A stretch of DNA of 64,000 nt. It comes from Perna viridis (lineage: Eukaryota). How positions within the stretch are numbered: the stretch's first letter is position 1; each line of letters starts with the position of its first letter. The notes under the pieces are model-generated. The model was not told the DNA's origin. It saw only the letters and a list, made by a program, of their open reading frames with translations, and did not search any database. The DNA is taken from positions 29,016,001 through 29,080,000 of the forward strand of contig CM074515.1 of assembly GCA_037379345.1 (NCBI GenBank), written 5' to 3'. Of this stretch, positions 58,976 to 64,000 are shown in pieces. A program made the translations under genes and the position numbers.

Positions 58976-61900
58976 ATGACAGTAATCTTATTATACGAAC
59001 TGCTATTTTGGCAAGGTGAGTTTACTAAAATTTAATGCCACTTACATTTGCCTGAAAGGAAAATTTATACATAATACAGGTAGATTTGTCGAGATATGAA
59101 TTGATGAATTGTTGCACTGGTCGTCTTAGTTATTTCCTTGAAATAAGCCTACTAGATTTTCTGGTTTCAGTTTAAAAAAAAAAAATTTACATTAACATTT
59201 ATTTCATTTATTTCATTTGTATTTTGTTTTGGGTCCATATTCATAGAGAGGGAATACTCATTTCAACATTTTAGAAAAAAAGATGAAAAAAAAATTAAAA
59301 AGAAATATTTGGTTAAAAATTAGCATTATACTACTTGCCATTCTAGGTATAAATTTAAAATCAAATACTGAAGTCTTTAAAGTCACTAATCGTCGAATAT
59401 TTTATGCAACCAATTCTAGCTTTGATTTATAGAAGACTTTGCTGTGGTGATGATTGATAATATACATTCAGGCTTCTTTCTATATCACATCTTTTAACAT
59501 GGTACATTGGTACATTACTGGCGAAATACGTGTATTCGTTTTTCTATAATATACTAAGCATTTTAGAACTATACTGTTGTAACGTAACGGTTGGTCGATC
59601 GGCTACGATCTGCAAAATTCAAGTGAGTCCAAATGGTACGAACTCAAGCGAAGTTGCGATGGTGACTCAAATGTTTTTAAATCAAAACAATCGACAACCA
59701 CTAAATCGGAGACTAGGCGTTTCTCTCTCAGCTATACTACAGAAATTTCAATGCTTACCGATCATTTCATTTTTTAATGTAAAACACTCATACAACTAAA
59801 AACACACGTAGAACACATGTGCATAGTATTTGTGAGGTACAATTTGATCTCGTATTAAGCTATAATGACGGTTCTATGGCACCCATCTGCTACTGAGGGT
59901 GGTGTAGTAATATGTAATTATGCAAACCATATACTAATGTACAATCCTATTTGTTGTCAGGGGCATGTCTGCGATGGGGCTAAAATAGTTTTATAAAGCC
60001 TTAGCCAATCCATTTTATGAAAGGGGAAACATGAATTGAAACAACAACAAAACACATCATAATGCCTAAAATTATCTCTATGGAATAACTCCACATACAT
60101 TATATAGACATAATAAGTTATCCAGTTAAAGAATGCTTTTAAAGAAGATTACTGGACACGGTGCTACATCACCATGATGTCATTTTACGACATTTCTTTT
60201 TGCTTGAAATGTCCTACTTATGCACAGTGACTAGGTATGTCGCTCTTATTAACCACAAGAGGATTAATTTAGTCTTTTTCATTCTAAACTGTTTTGATAT
60301 AAACAAGATATATATCCCGCAAAAGAATTGAAAAAGAGACAAAACCTCACGCTTTGTATGTCACGTTTACTATGTTAATTTTACCGTCTTATCGTTATCT
60401 TTGAATGATGTTTTATTCGGTCTGAATACCTTGTCTTGAACGTATCAATTCAATGTGGATATTGAAAAAATCGAAAATCTTCTGAAAACCCACAATACTA
60501 AATTATTATAGCAACGAGACATATGATTGTTTAACCCTTTATACCACTTTTTCCCATACTCATACATTTTACATTTTTGTTACTCCAAAATGTTTTTGGA
60601 ATTGTATACATTGCATCTACCCAAAAAAACTTGAGATAAGGGCACTAAAGACACAATGAAGTCATTTTCATATCTTCTCCTACACTTGAGGGTCGATGAA
60701 AAGAAAGAAACTCATGACCAGATTATAAGACAAGCGCGATGACTTCTCATTTCGTATTGTCATTTTTTTTTCATTTGTGGCAGCATCCTTTCAGTACCTG
60801 CGTATGGACTTTTCAAAACATAACTCATACATTATGCCATACTTGCCAAAACCACTTTGATTATTTTGTACCATGCTAGATTCCTCACAATTAGGCTTCA
60901 CGAATATAACTACGTTGCTATAAAATAATGTCTTCTCTACAGAAGTTTTATAGTCGTCATCATGAAACTGTAAATCATAATGATGTATCCTCTTGCATCA
61001 TGAAAACCAAATCCGTCATCGTGTTAAAGTTTTCATATTCTTTTTCGTCTACCCACTACGTCAGGTGTTTCTAGAAGACTCTTAACTTACCGCTGCATCA
61101 TTTTTTAGTGCAATCCTGGTAGCTCATTTACTTTAGTTTCTTTAATTTGTACCCGTTGATTTGTTAATATCATGATCTTTGTTTTATGTGTTTATTATCC
61201 CTGTATAGTCTTTATCGAAATATATTCTTTTTATTTCGCTCAAATCGCCCTTTATTTTCTCTGTCAGCGATCTCTTATCGTAATATTTTGTGCAAGATGT
61301 AATCAAAATGTGTCAGCGTCGGAGAAACAGTCGTATTGGAGTGGATTGGAGATTGCATTCAAAACCTGACAACATATTATGGCGAAGAACTCAAGTAACG
61401 ATTTACCAAGATTTACGTTTAAATACTCTTCTTGACAATAAGAATACAGTATTCTTGATGACCATGCGATAGTTGAACACTTTTTGAAGGTTCATGATCT
61501 AACAGAAAAAGATTATCTTCAAAATTACTGTTTTGAACCTGAAGCAGAAAACGGTATCAATGAAAAACAGATTATCTTATTATTGTACCTTAGAACAACT
61601 TACCTTGAGTACAGTTTTAGTATATAATGTTGTAAGACCTAGCTTTGCTTTGATCAACATAATTGACAAATTAGCAAAAAAAAGAGTTAATCATAGGCAA
61701 GCTTCATTAGTCCGTTGACGAACACACCCAAACCTTCCTATTCATCGACTTCAAAATTATTTCCACGTACCTTTATAACTCATATTTTCAAACAAGTGTT
61801 TTACCGAAAACTAGCCTACATTTGTACCCAAATGGTGAAAACAAAAACAAAGGTTTGTAACTTATTTGTAAGATCTTTTTCGTCATCTTTGGATATAATC

Positions 61901-64000
61901 ACTGAAGAAAATTTAGCACAATGAGATATCTTCAGATAGCATCATGTGTCTGAAAGTCTCATAAACAACAGCTTATATATTTTAGAATAAAATAAATAAA
62001 AGAATTATAATACATTTGAAAGGCAAATTGAATGAAGGAACGAATGTTCCGATTAAAATTATTTAATCAATGAGTTGAAGGGTACAATGCGGAAGTACTA
62101 AAAATGCTTTCTAATGACTAATGTGAAATTCTTTGACATACAATGTATTTGCTTATCAGACCAATGATCAACAGAAATTTATTCCAGTCTAGACTGGACT
62201 TGTACTGTATTTCTACAGAAAGAAATATAGTGTCATGCAAATTCCTCTTATGTAGTCTTTATAAAACAAATTTGCAACACATGCACCAAGACCATGGTCA
62301 TACGTGAAATGTATATTTTAATACAATTTGTAGTGGAATGGTAAACTACTGTATTTGAAATCGATGAATGTAGATGACAGTATAGAAAGTTTAGAAAACT
62401 ACCTACAAAGTCAACAATTTATTCATAAATGTCGTGCACATGATTTGTACACTTAATTTCGAAGTAGAGCCATGGTACTAACAAATTTTCTTTGGCTACT
62501 TTTGCTATAATCACTTAAGAAGTTTTATGGTTGTCATAGAATCTGATTGACAGCCATGCCATTGTACTCACTTGCAATATGACGGGTGCCGCTGGCTGAC
62601 CAGTGCATACCTACAATGTACTCTTCTGACGCACCTAAGATCACTCATATTTCATGTTCTTGTGATCCTATTTCATACTTAACTAGATCAAAGAAAATGA
62701 CACATATAACTACATTGTCAGTGGGTGAGCATCACTTGTTGTAAAAATAGTTTTTTTTCATAAACAAGTCAAGAAAAAAAAGATGCAAAGTTTAATTGTC
62801 AGTATTCTTATATATCTCTTTTTTTTTTAATTTACAGCTTCTTTGACAGTTTATATTCGGAAACAAGACAAAAAAGCATTTATCAGTTCATTTCACAAAA
62901 TTGTTCCGAAACGAATAAAATGAAAATCCGGAAAATTATTTTTCCGCCTGGTCAGTGAGTGAATCAATAACGGGTGTCAATTTTTGGGCTTCTGCAATAA
63001 GTAAAAAATTCGGTCAATTTAAAGATTGAAAAGCAGAATTAGAACTAGACGTCACGCTTCCTCAAAAACAAGCTTGAACAGACAGTATAAAATTGTTCGA
63101 GGTCGGATGACGCTGAATGTTTTCTAATAAACGATAACATATTAAGTTTGAAAACATGTTGTATCGTTTCTTTTGCTGGCTAGGATATTTGTTCTGTTAT
63201 ATCTTTTTTTCTCATTTTTCCACCTCCGTTTTCTTTTTAAATCAAAAGGTCTCAATATTTTTTTATAAAGTTTTTGCTATATATTCAATACGGAGCTGGT
63301 ATCAACGTTTAGTTTTATAGATCGTTGAATTGGTGATAGAAGTTCAGTCTCCTTGGTGTTTAAATGCCGTCATTGATAATTTAAATCTCTGCCGACTGCA
63401 CAAGTTGGGTCAATCAAACTCAGATACCATTATATTTTGAACTAGTCAGACTCGTTAGAGTATTGTTCAAAAGTAACGCTTGGTAGTAATATTTCTCTGT
63501 GTTGCACTCTTTATTTGGTTCTTATATCTGTTGTTTCAATGGACAAATTTTTTAACATTACGTTTATTTCTTTCTGAATTAGTCTTAACTAAAATGTCGT
63601 TTGTGTAACATTTTCAATAGCTCATACCTCCGAAACAGATATTGGCTTAACAACTGGTTTCTCAGGTTAACAGGAGACGTTTTTAAAAGATGAGTTTTTC
63701 TTCTAAAAAAATTACTCCTTGGAATTTATCTATGAAAGTTTGAGGCTGTACTGAGAATTCGGTTTCGTTCGTTCATTATTTATGGCCATAAAATAATATT
63801 GTCGATTTTTGTTTTAAAGTTAATATCACAAACTTTCTTTGACAAAATATTACGTGGCCATGGCAATAAAACAGATTTGTTTTATACAAGTAATCGTTTA
63901 CTTTTTTAGGCCTAAAAATGTATGAAAAGAATAGTGCTCTTTGGTATGGCAGTAGCGGGTTTTGTTCTTTTCTTGGCTTTAACAATCACATGCAATCTGT
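58976..64000 (+). pseudogene. Pseudogenised tandem paralog of the Ig receptor (incomplete at window end); exon remnants 58976-59015, 61297-61604, 62677-62724, 63621-63689, 63910-64000
   Basis: MTVILLYELLFWQG exon intact; Ig exon has frameshifts and donor GT>TT; acceptor AG>AT at 62675-76; TAA stop and donor GT>AT in the next exon; +1 frameshift at the start of the TM exon; intron homology to gene 1. Confidence 0.85.
60760..61230 (+). mobile_element. Old Naiad family A-like fragment in paralog intron 1
   Basis: TGTGGCAGCATCCTTTCAGTACCTGCGTATGGA, CTACAGAAGTTTTATAGTCGTCATCATGAA and a decayed tail. Confidence 0.65.

Overview
AT-rich, repeat-dense eukaryotic DNA. The repeat families and gene type suggest a bivalve mollusc, probably oyster-like (inference). 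No prokaryotic systems, CRISPR arrays or rRNA were found. One apparently intact 7-coding-exon gene (+, 24269-44375, ~554 aa) encodes a type-I membrane receptor: signal peptide, single Ig domain, Thr-rich stalk built from short duplicated phase-1 exons, transmembrane (TM) helix and a ~310-aa tail with 14 Tyr, including ITAM-spaced and ITIM-like motifs. A pseudogenised tandem paralog starts at ~58.9 kb and runs off the window, and a degraded EGF-repeat (MEGF-like) gene remnant may lie on the minus strand at 8-10 kb. Much of the rest is decayed mobile DNA: many Penelope-like (Naiad-type) fragments, a DIRS/Ngaro tyrosine-recombinase retroelement, a Polinton/Maverick polymerase fragment, LINEs, a hAT element with an 8-bp target-site duplication (TSD), satellite-carrying terminal-inverted-repeat (TIR) elements, a SINE with a structured non-tRNA head, and a near-identical 3.85-kb tandem duplication. 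Highlights: (1) a Naiad copy whose conserved CxC linker motif reads TGA-AAT-TGA, a possible selenocysteine-encoding retroelement, with a covarying SECIS-like hairpin in its 3' region; (2) a 408-bp tRNA-Leu-like unit found as a tandem array and as fold-backs, usually next to (TA)n, behaving like a Penelope-mobilised non-autonomous element; (3) the Ig receptor pair with a modular stalk. All calls were made by eye, and boundaries of decayed elements are approximate.
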